Shown here: in pieces, positions 1 through 11,757 of the stretch
Numbering within the stretch: the first letter of the stretch is position 1
Layout of the letters: every line of letters begins with the position of its first letter
NCBI RefSeq assembly: GCF_036321535.1
Contig: NC_087436.1
Coordinates: 54,872,001-54,936,000 of the forward strand
Origin: Camelus dromedarius
Taxonomy: Eukaryota
Direction of reading: 5' to 3'
DNA: 64,000 nt
Translations under genes and position numbers: made by a program
The notes under the pieces: model-generated
Told to the model about the DNA's origin: nothing
The model's database searches: none
Seen by the model: only the letters and a program-made list of their open reading frames with translations

Positions 1-1239
1 ACTTTAGTCTGGCACTATCAAATAAACATACTGATCTTCCTTATTTCTTTTCTTGGTAATGAAAGATGATCTAATTCATCTCAAAGGTATGTTTGAAAGT
101 CTAAACTGTTGACTTGCATTGCAATGAAGCTTTCTTTTTAGAACAGGAAAGGCAATATGGTTAGTGTGCAATTGCTATAATGTGGGGGAAATACAATTAA
201 ATTTAATTAAGCAGGTTTAATGACCAAAATGTTAATACACTTCTAATTTATAATATCCAGCTTTAATGTGTTTTGTCTGATGAATTCATAGTGCCTCCCA
301 ACATTCATTTGGCTTGACTCTGCTGCCTGTCACAGAAGGAAGCTGAATGGTTCAGAGAGAAGAATAAACAAATCTCCTGCTTGTGTACCATGTTTACTTA
401 TGGCCTATTTGGGTTATAATAAAATGAAACAGTTAGGCAGACTAGTGTCGATCCTGAAGGATAAGACACGGAGAAGCTAAAAGTGAAAATAAAAGAAAGA
501 CAATATAAATAAACACAGATCAGATAATTATGTTTCCTCATTAACTCTCATTGCAATCTTGTAAATGAAATTAAATATCCTGCTATGTTTAGAAGACTAG
601 ATGCATTCCATTACCAGGATCTACCTGCTAATAAAATAAAAATATTCTGCTTTTTAGATTGAAATTTGGGTTAATTCTACTGTCTTGCCTAATGGGACCA
701 GGCAACTAATACTTACTAAAGGCATCAAAGTTACCTTTTAAAAATAAGTACAAAGTCATGAAACTTTATAAATTGCAATGCCAAGGATTTTGTCTGTGCT
801 TGTTTTGCGCATTTGCCTTTTACAATGAGGAGTTTAAATATGTAATTCTCTAAAGGTAATTTCACAATGTTTTCTTTTGTCTTCAGGAGAAAAATCTAAT
901 AAGGATGATAAAAAAGAATTTATTTTATTTTATCCTTTTAGAGAACAATGGCTTTTGGAATACGTAACCTTTCACTGAATGAGTAACTCTGATTTAAATA
1001 AAATATACTCCAGTACTACTTTCTTTTTTAGGGAATTTAGATATATGGTTGATAGGTGACTAGATAGAGGGGACGCAGGGAGAAACTTCTGTACTTGCTG
1101 CACACAATATTGTATGTAGTAAATGTACATAGTGCTTAAAAAGAAGATTTGATTCTTGGGAAGCAGTTAGATAATGATATTGGGAAAGAAGCCTGAAAGA
1201 AAGGAGCCCAAAGTACGAAAGAGGGAACATGACTCAGTG

Positions 1240-1428
1240 CAGCACTTTCCAAACAGTGCTTCTCATACCACCTGCACTACGATGAACTAGAATGTGCAAT
1301 AAATATGTAAATTCTCGGGCCCAGTCCAAACACACTGGGTCAAAATCTTTCAGTGTGGACAAAAGCATCTAAATATTTAACAGACATCCTTGGTAATTCT
1401 GAAGCACATAAAAAATTGAGAACCACTG
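1240..1428. mobile_element. MER5-type hAT-Charlie non-autonomous DNA transposon
   Basis: CAGCACTTTCCAAAC...TTGAGAACCACTG termini, about 190 bp, internal 'aaattctcgggcccagtccaaacacactgggtcaaaatct' typical of MER5A/B. Confidence 0.75.
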
Positions 1429-1639
1429 CTAATGAAGAGAGTACATTTTAAAAGTTTTATAAGTATAATAATAACTGTTTAAAAAAGCATCAGGGCACTC
1501 ATCTTTAGTACTTTCTCCATCTTTTCTTACCTTTTTAATTTACCATTTCTACTTCATGGTTCTCTGCAGATTTCCTGCTATACCTGTAGTCTACCAGGTG
1601 GAAGATAATTGCATCATGAAGCCCGTATCTTTACATCTT

Positions 1640-1800
1640 TGTTCAGAAACCAGCCAAGTCTGAGACTACATTCACTTGGCCTCAATTCCAAATTTCTAGG
1701 AAGAAATTCTCCTGGCTTAGCTTGAACTAAGTGCCCAACCTCTGTTCAATAAGCTATGCCCAGCAAGACAGGGCCATGAAATAAAACATGGTTACATAGT
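1640..1800 (-). mobile_element. old MaLR LTR fragment (MLT1J/K-like)
   Basis: 'ggcttagcttgaactaagtgcccaacctctgttcaataagctatgcccag' resembles the antisense MLT1J/K motif. Confidence 0.45.
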
Positions 1801-2307
1801 CCCTACCCCAACTACCTATGAATTCATTTACGAAAATATTGAACATATGTTTGACAAAGACAGGACACTACAACCAAAATAAGATAATGAGCAATTAGGT
1901 GTGAGGAAGAGATGTTCCCTATGATAAACAAATCATTATATTCTGGGCAGATAACTTAATAAAACATGTCAGTCAGAGGTACCAAAATAGTGGTAAGAAT
2001 CTAAGTATCCAACAATAAGGTTTGGTTAAAGGCTAAGATACATCTATGAAATAGTAGAGTAAAACTCTGTTCTTAGAAGAATACATAGAATAAAGGAAAA
2101 CTGTTTAAGATATATTTACATGCTAAATAAATACCCAAATCATTAAATATCTGTAATATGACCATAAAAATAAACACAAAAACAGAGAAGACATGGGGAG
2201 ACATAATGAAGTTGTATAGTGAACATCACTGGATTTTGGGTGTTTATTCTGTAAACATTTCTGATTTTTATAAATTTCTACAGATTACTATTACATTGGC
2301 AGAAAAT

Positions 2308-2514
2308 ATGAGATTTGCACATACTAACACATATATAAAAGAGATAAACAAGAAGTTCACACTGTATTATAGCACAGGGAACTATAGCCAATATCTTACA
2401 GTAACTTATGGTGAAAAAGATGTGAAAATGAATATACTTATGTTCATGTATGACTGAAGCATTATGCTGTACACCAGAAACTGACACACCATTGTAAACT
2501 GATTAGACTTCAAT
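2308..2514 (+). mobile_element. 5'-truncated young LINE-1 3' end (camelid/cetartiodactyl type)
   Basis: 'tatagcacagggaactatagccaatatctt...tatgctgtacaccagaaactgacacaccattgtaaactgattagacttcaat' is an L1 3'UTR, followed by a TA/CA-rich decayed tail. Confidence 0.85.
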
Positions 2515-3317
2515 TATATATATAATATGTATATATACATATATACACACATACACAAAAAAAGGAAGCACATCTATTGTGCTGCTTGCTGCTTACCTAC
2601 TTTTAAGTCTGACAACAACCAAAGAGGCTGTTTTCTCTCAGTGTTTCTGGAGCCACAGTCACTGACCTGCTGAATATACCTCTTCTTGAAGCCAAGCATG
2701 GACAGAGCACATTACTTGTTAACTTGAATTTTCTGCAAGGTATAGACTAGTCATTAAGGCTGTCATGGAACAAATATTCCTCAGGATTCCATCTCTGAGA
2801 TATGGTGAACCCACACATCCTAAATCTACAGAGTATGTGGGTTGACATCAATATGAAAATTACCTATACCTAACTGAGCGCAAAAAATTCCAACTAGATT
2901 ATAGTGTTCATTTATGTTTTTTGGCCATTCGCCATCTGCATATACTTTTTATTTGGAGGAAATTTCAATATAGGTAGGAGATATTATCTCACGTCCCACT
3001 ACAAAAGTAAAATGAAATAAATATTTTATCTCCTACTCCAGAGAGCTATAAAGTAGACTTGAGCCCTTGGTGTAGACAATTAAGTATTCCTATCCAGAAC
3101 TTAAGAATCTGTGATCATTATACAAAGATGCAAGGACAATCAGGACTTTTTAGCTGCTGAATTGGCTGGTTCTAGATTTGACTGGCATTTGGAGAGTGTC
3201 TGAGGGGACAGTATAACCTGTGTCACCCACACTGTTATTGTAGCCAGAGCTTAGCTCTGCCTCCCTGCTCTAAAACTACTTGGTTAAGTAGTATTTCTGA
3301 GGATTTTGTAAGGTAGC

Positions 3318-3511
3318 TGGGATGGTTAATTTTGCATGTCAACCTCACTGGTCACAGAGTGCCCAGATTAAACATTATTTCTGAGGGCTCTGTTTCTAGA
3401 TGAGATTAGCATTTGAAAGGGTAGACTCAGCAAAACAGATTGCCCTCCCCAATGTGAGTGGCACCATCCAATCCACTGACGACCTAAATAGAACAAAAGG
3501 CAGAGGAAGGA
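3318..3511 (+). mobile_element. MLT2 (ERVL) LTR 5' fragment
   Basis: 'gatggttaattttgcatgtcaac...gtgcccagattaaacattatttctg...gatgagattagcatttgaa...gattgccctccccaatgtg' matches the MLT2B/D start. Confidence 0.85.
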
Positions 3512-3649
3512 ATTTTTCCTGCCGCATTGAAATGTTTTGCGTTTTTATTTTTAAAATCCTAAAATGAATATATATGAAAAATAACGATAGAAAATAGAAG
3601 GAAGGGAGTAAAAGAAAGATGGGGTAGGAAGGAAGAGAATAATATTTGG

Positions 3650-3870
3650 AGACCGAATGCCCTGAGATTAAGCTGAAACATTATTGTGTGCTGTATAATT
3701 TTAGGTAAATTACTTGAGTTCTCTGAGCCTTAGTTTTCCTCAATTGAAAAAATAAAAGATGCAATAATATTTTTTCAGTCTGTTGGAAGAATTGGAAGAG
3801 AAAATTTATGTAAAATAGATAGAGAATAAAAGCCTCGCACATGGTAAGGACTTAACAGGTATTAGTTATT
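3650..3870 (+). mobile_element. MIR SINE
   Basis: core 'taggtaaattacttgagttctctgagccttagttttcctc' and 3' end 'gcctcgcacatggtaaggacttaacaggtattagttatt'. Confidence 0.75.
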
Positions 3871-4479
3871 TCTCCTTTCCCCAACACTATCTCCAAGTAG
3901 ATCTGATCCTTCTAGTTATGTCTCTCTGTCAGATGGAGAGGGAAAAATGGACTCTAAAACTAGTTCAAGAACTTGTTAACCTGACTCTCAGAGACATCTG
4001 GATAACTGAACTTTATTATAGCTCTGTATCAATAAATTCAGGAAGATACTGGCCCAAGCTGCATAAACTCAGGGAGATTGAGAGTGAAGATGAGAAGTTT
4101 GTTCAGCAATATCTGTAATGTGTACTATCCCTTAACAGTCATACTGTGCATTGCATTGTAGATGTTATGCACCTGGCCCAGGTACTGGGCTCTCCAGCAT
4201 AAATGCAGGCAAGACTGCATCCTGAACTCTGTTAACTATATTGGGCTAAAGAGGGAAGTTGAGCTTCTAAGTTCTGATATTTTTCTTTCAACTTTATTAT
4301 CCACACGTGTTGGTCTATAGCTCAGCCCCTTTTGGCTAGACTAAAATGCTGTTAACTTTCATATACCATTGTAGAATGCTTGTGAGCTATACTATACATT
4401 CTATCTAGCACTGGAAGGAAAAATGTTTTCATTTTTTTGTCTATCAGATGTGCCAGAATATTTAAACACACCACTTTAC

Positions 4480-4835
4480 CCTTGGCTACACTGATCAGTT
4501 CACAGAAGGGATAAAACCTACAGAGATACTGAGATGTTAGTCTGACTTTTGAAATAGAAGACCATATTGTTTCATACTGAACTTAACTCTGGAAGAATGT
4601 AGCCATGGCACTGGTGGTAGTCACCTGGCTACTAAGAGGAGTTTCTAATTAGCCAAAATGGGTGAAAGAACAGTGAACAAATGACAATAGACCTGGTCTA
4701 AACAGCCATTAGCTCTTTGTATTAAGCTACAGCTGATCAGATCTTTTCCTGGACTTTTTAGTTATATAAGATAATAAATTACCCTTTTTCCTTTAGTCAG
4801 TTTTAATAGGGTTTTTTTGTAACTTTGAAATGAAA
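4480..4835 (+). mobile_element. MLT1J/K-like MaLR LTR
   Basis: 3' end 'cctggactttttagttatataagataataaattaccctttttcctttagtcagtttt'. Confidence 0.6.
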
Positions 4836-5834
4836 ATGGGATGCATTTTTTTCTTTATGGAATTTGGCAGCCAAAGGAGTTACCTGGTAGCTGCAGGTCA
4901 GAAAGAGTGCCTGATGGGGCTTACAGATTCTTCCCAGTAGTACTGAATGACGACCTGATTAATACTCACATTCCCATTAAGGATTTAAATATGTTCTCTT
5001 AGCTCATTCCATTCCTTTATTCTTTTGTGGGACTATATCCTGCTTTCTGTCATCTCCAATCCCTAGAGAGTTGGAAGGAGAGGTTTGTTAACTATAGATA
5101 GATATTTTATTCACAATGAATAGTCTATATGGGATTTCATAGTGTTGTGCTCTGCTTGACATATTGAACTTTTTTGGTATCTCTAAGTGCCTGAAGCTTT
5201 CCTGAACTTCCATCATTCTGATACTATTGTTCTTTAAAGCATATACTGATTATTTCTCAACTAAGAGACTGGCCTGAAGACATTCTGGCCTGGATTGTAA
5301 GACTGAAGGGTATGACTATAGGCACAAACAGATGCTCAACTGGAAAAGGTAGAAACTGAGAGCAAGCTATGGAGGAGGGCAAAACTAGTACCCTGAGATA
5401 TACTTGACAAGAAACCAAGGGTTAAATCATCATGGAAACAGTTGCATCTAAAAGGAAGAGCCACAAAACAAAAACTGGTCAAAGCTAATGGCACATCTAT
5501 AGGGATAAAAGGACTTAAGAAAATTTAAATATGAATATTAGACAAAATTATGAAAAACAGAAGCAGCAAACACTCATTGCTACTTTTGGTAATTCTTTTC
5601 CAGCTTTATCCATGTGTGGAAATTTGATCTGCTTCACACAGATTTCACAGCCTCTGAAGAAGGATGCTTTTCTATACTCCAATCAGAATATAATTTTCCT
5701 ATCAGATGTATGGTACATTTCCTCACAGCTGCTCTGTCCCAATTTAGAGATCCAACCCCAGGTACTGCCTAGTGTACTTTGGTTTCAGGGAAGATCAAGA
5801 CTAAACTTGGCTTGCTGTTTTCTGAGTCTAGAGA

Positions 5835-6607
5835 TAAATCTCTTTCTAACAGTTTTCCAACACTCAACTCGCTGTTTAATAATTCAACTCAATTTTGACA
5901 CTAACTAATCTGAATTAGCCCAGATTCCATAGGTTAAGGACTCAGCCCTAAAAGACTGGGGGAACTGACATAACGGGGACTCTTGGGTAGTCCAAACATC
6001 TACCTGGTCAGTTATAAATTCAGAAGTACCCTCAACCTCCCCCTCAGATTTGATAATTCACTAGAACAACTCACAGAATGCAGGGAAGCATTATGCTTAT
6101 GGTTACAATTTTATTATAAAAGATACAAGCTCAGGAACAGCCAAACAGAAGAGATGCACAGGGCAAAAATTTGCAGGGGTAGAGATATAGGGTAGGGTGA
6201 CACAGAGCTTCCATGCCCTTTCTAGGATTTCCTCAGAACCCCAATGTATTCACCAACCTAGAAGCCCCCAGAAACCTTGGCATTCAGAGTTCCTAGTCAA
6301 GATTTTGTTACACAGGTATGATTGATTAGATCATAGGCCTCTGGTGATTGCCCTTAATCTCCATCCCCACTCCCAGGAGGTTTGGGGGATCAAAGTTCCA
6401 ATCCTCCAATCTTGCAGTTGGTTACAATCCTCATCCTGAAGCTGTCTAGGTGCTTACTATGCGTCACAGTTAGCATAAACTCAGGGTAGATACAAAGGGA
6501 CGCCTTATGAATAACAAAAGATACCTATCACTTAGGCAATTCCAAAGATTTTAGGAGTTCTATGCCAAGAACCAGGAACAAAGCCAAATATATTTTACAC
6601 TATACCA
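5835..6607 (-). mobile_element. MER21-family LTR
   Basis: reverse complement begins 'tggtatagtgtaaaatatatttggctttgttcctggttcttggcatagaactcctaaaatctttggaattgcctaagtgatagg', the MER21B/C start; similarity continues for about 770 bp. Confidence 0.85.
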
Positions 6608-7059
6608 TGTAATTTCTCCCTGAAATTCCAGACGTCACACTTAGACCAATCAGAACATCCATATCACCCTCATAAACCCCTGTTCTCTATGCTTGGGTCT
6701 TCATTATTTTCGAAACAGATCATAACAGTCTCACTGAAAGTTATTTAAAATTGCATGAGATGATAGGTAATTTTCAACGGAAAAAAATCCCAGTTTATTC
6801 ATATATATCTTACAAAATTGAAATGTAAAATTCTTCATGATCATTACAGCAATTCTCTTTTTCTCTAACTAACCATTATGCTCTGAAAGGATATAAATGA
6901 GCCTAAACGGGTTGTACCAGTCAGTTTACTGTGGCTGCGGTTATTCATGGCTTTCATATTTGTGTATTTGCCTGCTGTGGTTTCACTTGTTCAGTTTGCA
7001 TTTCCATCGTTACTACTGTATCGCATAATATCTTCCATTCCACAAGTTTATTATTAGCT

Positions 7060-7350
7060 TGTATTATTGGACATATGTTAGATGATAATAAATAACCACA
7101 AAATCAACCACAGTGGCTTACTGGAACCAAATGTTGTCTCTTACTCTTGTTCCATATCTGAAAGACCAGCAGGGTGCTCTTCTCACTATGGCCACCAAGG
7201 CCAAAGGCTTTCAGAGGCTTCATCCTGATTCCTGTTTCTTAGACAGCCATGGCAGAGGGAAGAAAACCTGGCAAGATATGCTTTGTCTCTAAAAGGTCTT
7301 CCCAGAATGGATGTTATCTCATCTGCTCACATTTTATTGACTAAGGCCCC
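7060..7350 (-). mobile_element. LTR33-like ERVL LTR
   Basis: 'cagtggcttactggaaccaaatgttgtctcttactc...ccatggcagagggaagaaa...tctgctcacattttattgactaag' fits antisense LTR33. Confidence 0.6.
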
Positions 7351-8009
7351 ATGAATCGCTCTCTTGACTTAACTGTAGGTACCATTGTCTCATCAGGTTT
7401 TGGTAGGAAATTTAAACACTTGATCATTTTCCTGGAGAGATTTTGACAAATTGAAAGGATTTTTTCCTATGTGTTGCTATAAACCATTCAGAGGTTTTAA
7501 TAATGAGTTTAATGGCTATGACTTTGATTTGATGCTTGCCAGGATTCTGAATTTTAATCAGCCTTTTTCATGCAAAGCATTTCTCCATTTTATTTTTTAC
7601 GGTTTGGAGTTGAAAAGTAGTTTTTCTTCTAAAATAAGTCCCAGAATTTGTGGACTATTTCTACGTCTTTTGAAATCTGTTTTCCTGAACTCATCTCTTT
7701 CCTTTGATACCTTGCCAAATATAATCAGCAGCAACAACTCCATACCATTAACATTCAATTTTCCCACCACCTCTAGGATACAAGGTATAAGAGCTGACAT
7801 CCAAGCAAAGGTGGAAAGGTTACCAAATGCTTTGATCCTGTATAATATTACTTATACCATCCTTTAGGCTCCTATATCAGTTATCACCCTACTTGTTACC
7901 TAGCCTTTACATTAATCACAGACATTTTTGCTTTGTTGTCACAGAAGCAACCAATATCAATTTCTGCATCAATCAGGATAACATATTTTCATTTACCACA
8001 CTAGAGCTA

Positions 8010-8275
8010 TAGTTCATACTCCTCTTCACTACTTTATGCCATGGTTGGGGGTTGGGTAGAGTGCAGAGGTTGATGTTATTATCTGCATTGATGGATTCTT
8101 TTGTCTTCCAGATTCCAAGAGTGTTCATCAATAGAAATCAATGCAAAGAGATTGGAGGGTAAAAGGAAAGTAGGTTACTTCCTCTCCTGGTATCTCCCTC
8201 TTCAGATCACTACAGGTTCACTGGATTCTTCTACTGAAGACTACAGTTATTGTCAAGCTTTTGTACTTCTTGTAG
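8010..8275 (+). mobile_element. LTR16C-like ERVL LTR fragment
   Basis: 'ctgcattgatggattcttttgtcttccagattcc...gagattggagggtaaaagg...ctactgaagactacagttattgtcaag'. Confidence 0.55.
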
Positions 8276-9079
8276 TTTGTATGACAATTCATATAAATGT
8301 CCTCAATCATCTAGTCTGAAGGGGCTTCCTTTTAGGAGTCTGATTAAGTTATGTTTCAGTAGTACAATATCCCTGAACCTTTGCAGCTTAACATAATAAA
8401 AGTTCATTTCTTTCCTAGGCTACCTGTCCCCCATGTACAAGATGACCAGTGGAGCTGTAGGAAGAGTATATGCTACTCATACAAGGGCCCTTCTACTTCT
8501 GTTAGGGTGTGTCCTTCTACTTACATTTCTAACATCAAAGGATACAACCAAAAGAGGGAAAAGTGAAAGAATTTAATGATTACTTTACAAACGGTTCAAA
8601 AGTAAGTTCTGAAGCATAAGGTTATGATGAAATTAAAGCAACTATTAAAACTCATGTTAACTTCATACATATACATAGCAAGAATGACAGTACATACATA
8701 GATTATGAGTCTGTCCTCAAGCAAGTAAATCTGTTACTGTGATAATGTTGCACAATTAGCCAAAAAGGAAAGTGTAAGCTCACAGACAAGTAAATAACTG
8801 AAAATTGAATTGTATTCAGGCCAGTTTATGAGCCTTCCAATCTCTCAGCTCCACTCCAACCCTGGGTTGGGGAGTTGACCATTTGTCCTGCTTCCCACAC
8901 AGAATAAGCCCAATGATGGCTTTCAGTCTTTCCATGGGCTCACAGCCAAGCTCTGTTCACCACTGCATTTACCTCATCTTCAACATTTCAAATTGTCCTA
9001 ACACCCCATGATTGAGAGCAAGCTTCAGCAAGAACTCTATTGTGCCCTCATGGTCTGAGATGAAGCAGCTCTGGCTCTT

Positions 9080-9495
9080 CAGTGTGACCCAACTGGACTC
9101 ATGGAAGGGCCAGGTTCCTCAGCAGCTACCCAAAGGGGCCAATTAGCAAAATGCAGAAGAGTGGAGAGGAAATACCACATGAGATGATCTTTGACCAAAG
9201 AAAGATAGACTGGGAAATGTACAGTGAGAGATTGCTTTCCCTTTCTATCCTGAGAGTTTTGAGATGGTGGTATCATACAGTCTCTCTGCAGATACTCCAA
9301 AAAACTAAGCTCCTGACTATATTTCCTGGGATGCTGGGACAGTTCAGAAACATGCAACTTTAATCTTGCTTGCCCTTCTTCACTGCCTCACTTTCCTTTA
9401 CACTTACTCTCGTTTCCCCATGGTTGTACTGCCTATCTCAATACAGTGTATACACTAAGGTTTGCCTTAGGAAGTATTTGCTAAGGGATTTAGGT
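9080..9495 (+). mobile_element. LTR16-family ERVL LTR
   Basis: 'atctttgaccaaagaaagatagactggg...ttgcttgcccttcttcactgcctcactttcc' and a decayed poly(A)/U5 end. Confidence 0.55.
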
Positions 9496-10335
9496 GTATA
9501 AAAATAGCACCAATGATGGTTGTAAAGAGAAGAACTTCAGAAGGAAATTTGGTGTTGGATTTCCCATCTGTCTGAAAACAATAAAACTCAATTATTTGGG
9601 GTGGTAAGGTGATAAAAATCCCTTGATTGCAATAACAGTACCATTAATAAATATTTTAGTACTAAATAACAGAATTTAGGTATATTTGGTTTTTTTTGAT
9701 CACCATTCTAATTTCAATTTTTTCTTGATCTTTATTATACTTTCACCCTGTTAGAGTTTCTTTTTTTCCTCTGCCACTTTTAATTTTCATGTACGTCTAT
9801 GAAAATCCTTGCTTAGATTGTTGTTTTTTTTAAACAACAGACATATATTCTTTATTAAAAGCTATAAGAAATGTTGAAATATTGGGATATTTACAGATAA
9901 GCCCCCATTTAATCACATTCCCAGAGAGAATGTCAGTTGTTAACAGACTCATTCCAAAAAAAAAAGAAAATAATGATGAATTTTATTTTAAATTAATCAT
10001 TGTCCTTTTGCTGGTTTTGCAGCTGTCATTTGACTTTTCTGACTCAAATCTGGCTCGTTTCTTTGATCTGGAAAACAGGTAAGCATATTGATTCAGGTTT
10101 TGGTAACAGAAAAAACTCTGAATCAGGTCAAACTCATTTGGGAATCAAAGAAAAATGGAGAGTGTTCTAGGTAGCAATTGAAGTTAGCAGAAATTGTAAC
10201 TTAAAATGGCTCAAACAAGTAGGCGTTACTTATCTCACATAAATCTGAAGTTAGGCACTTAGTGGTATTGGTTTACCTACCCAGGCCGTTTAAGTCTCCT
10301 GCTGTGTTGTTCTTATATGTTGGCTTGGATCCATG

Positions 10336-10718
10336 TGTTTATTAGTTTGCTAGGACTGCCATAACAAAGGACAACAAACTAGCTGGCTTAAAACAGAAAT
10401 TCACTCTCTCATAGTTCTGGAGGCTGTAAGTCTAAGGTCAAGATGTCAGCAGAGTTAGTTTCATTCTGAGGCCTCTCTCCTTGGACTGTAGATGGGTCCT
10501 CTTCTCCCTGTGTCTTCATATGGTCTTCCCTCTGTGCCTGTGTGTTTCCCAGTCTCCTCTTATAAGGGCACCAGTCAGACTGAATTGGGGCCAACCCCAA
10601 TAACTTCATTTTAACTACCTCTGTAAAGATTCCGTCTCCAAATATAGTCACATTCTTAGGTACTGGACGGTAAGACATACAAATTTTAGTGGGGGGACAC
10701 AATTTTAGTCTGTACTAC
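10336..10718 (-). mobile_element. MLT1B MaLR solo LTR
   Basis: 'tattagtttgctaggactgccataacaaag...tctcatagttctggaggctgtaagtctaaggtcaagatgtcagcag...tctccaaatatagtcacattct...ggggggacacaatt'. Confidence 0.9.
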
Positions 10719-11069
10719 TGCGGTTATCACTTTGAGATCTTAAGATGATTGGCACAGCTCTACAACTCATGTTTACTATGAAAACAGAAAGTAATGGGAC
10801 CTGTTACCCTTATCTCCCTTTTAGAAGAAAAACAAAGGCTTCTAATACCACCACCCTCTCTCATGCTGATTCATGTATAGCTCATTGGCCAGAACTGCAT
10901 CACATGGTCTTAGCTACAAGAGAGGCTGGACAAGTGACAGAGTCTTTCAGAGTTACATGTACCGTATCTGTAAGTTTACAGTATCTATAACAAAGGAAAC
11001 GAGGAAAAGGATGATTAAAAATGAGTTTTGGGCCACTCAATCTAGAGTCTGTTCCAGAGAATTTCATAG

Positions 11070-11290
11070 AATGCTTAACAAATGATTATGGGTCACTACT
11101 ACAGATAGGCACTATGCCAAACACTCAAGATATTTGAGTTGGAGAAAACACAGACTCTGCCTTCACAGAATTTATAGTATGGTGTGGAAGACAATGAAAA
11201 TAGGCAATTACAGTGCTGCTTGGCAACTGAAACTATGGAGAGCAGTATGGCATACTACAGAGACTCACAGGAAAAGCAACAAACCCGGTC
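11070..11290 (-). mobile_element. L2 LINE 3' fragment
   Basis: 'taacaaatgattatgggtcactactacagataggcactatgccaaacact...acagactctgccttcacagaatttatagt'. Confidence 0.65.
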
Positions 11291-11516
11291 ATAGAAAATC
11301 ATTAAAGTCTCCACAAAAAAATGTGACATCTATGCCTTTTTCATTATTAACACATGAATAACTTAATATGTACTTTGTAGAGGTATTTTAAGCAGTAGGT
11401 AAATTAATGAGCCAGAAATCACAAACACAGGGATTCACACAAAATAATCACAATGTGTGTCTACTTACTGATAACTGTGGGGGAATTTTTGGTTTGTTTG
11501 TTTGTTTTCTATGACA

Positions 11517-11757
11517 CAATAGCAAACACTTTTGTACTTCTTAAAGTACATTAGACACTATTTGGAGGGTTTCTCTTTACTCAGTTATTCCTCACAATAA
11601 TTAAAGAAGGTAGTTACTACTATTGACCTCATTCTATAGATGAAGAAATTGAGACATTAAAAAATCAAGTAATTTACTTAAGATCATGTAACTATTAAAA
11701 GACAAGGCTGGGATTTGATTCTAGCCAGTCCAGCTCCAAAGACCACACTCTTGCCTA
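11517..11757 (-). mobile_element. MIR SINE
   Basis: 'ctcattctatagatgaagaaattgagac...agtaatttacttaagatcatgtaacta...ctgggatttgattctagccagtccagctccaaag'. Confidence 0.8.

Noticed and set aside
2158..2487. Overlapping 99-aa and 69-aa ORFs
   Set aside because: Translations of L1 3'UTR sequence.
7451..7867. 138-aa ORF
   Set aside because: TTG start, F/L/S-rich composition expected from T-rich DNA, and it lies antisense in probable ERVL internal sequence.
10409..10702. 97-aa ORF ending 'DLQPPEL'
   Set aside because: Typical spurious translation of an MLT1 LTR.
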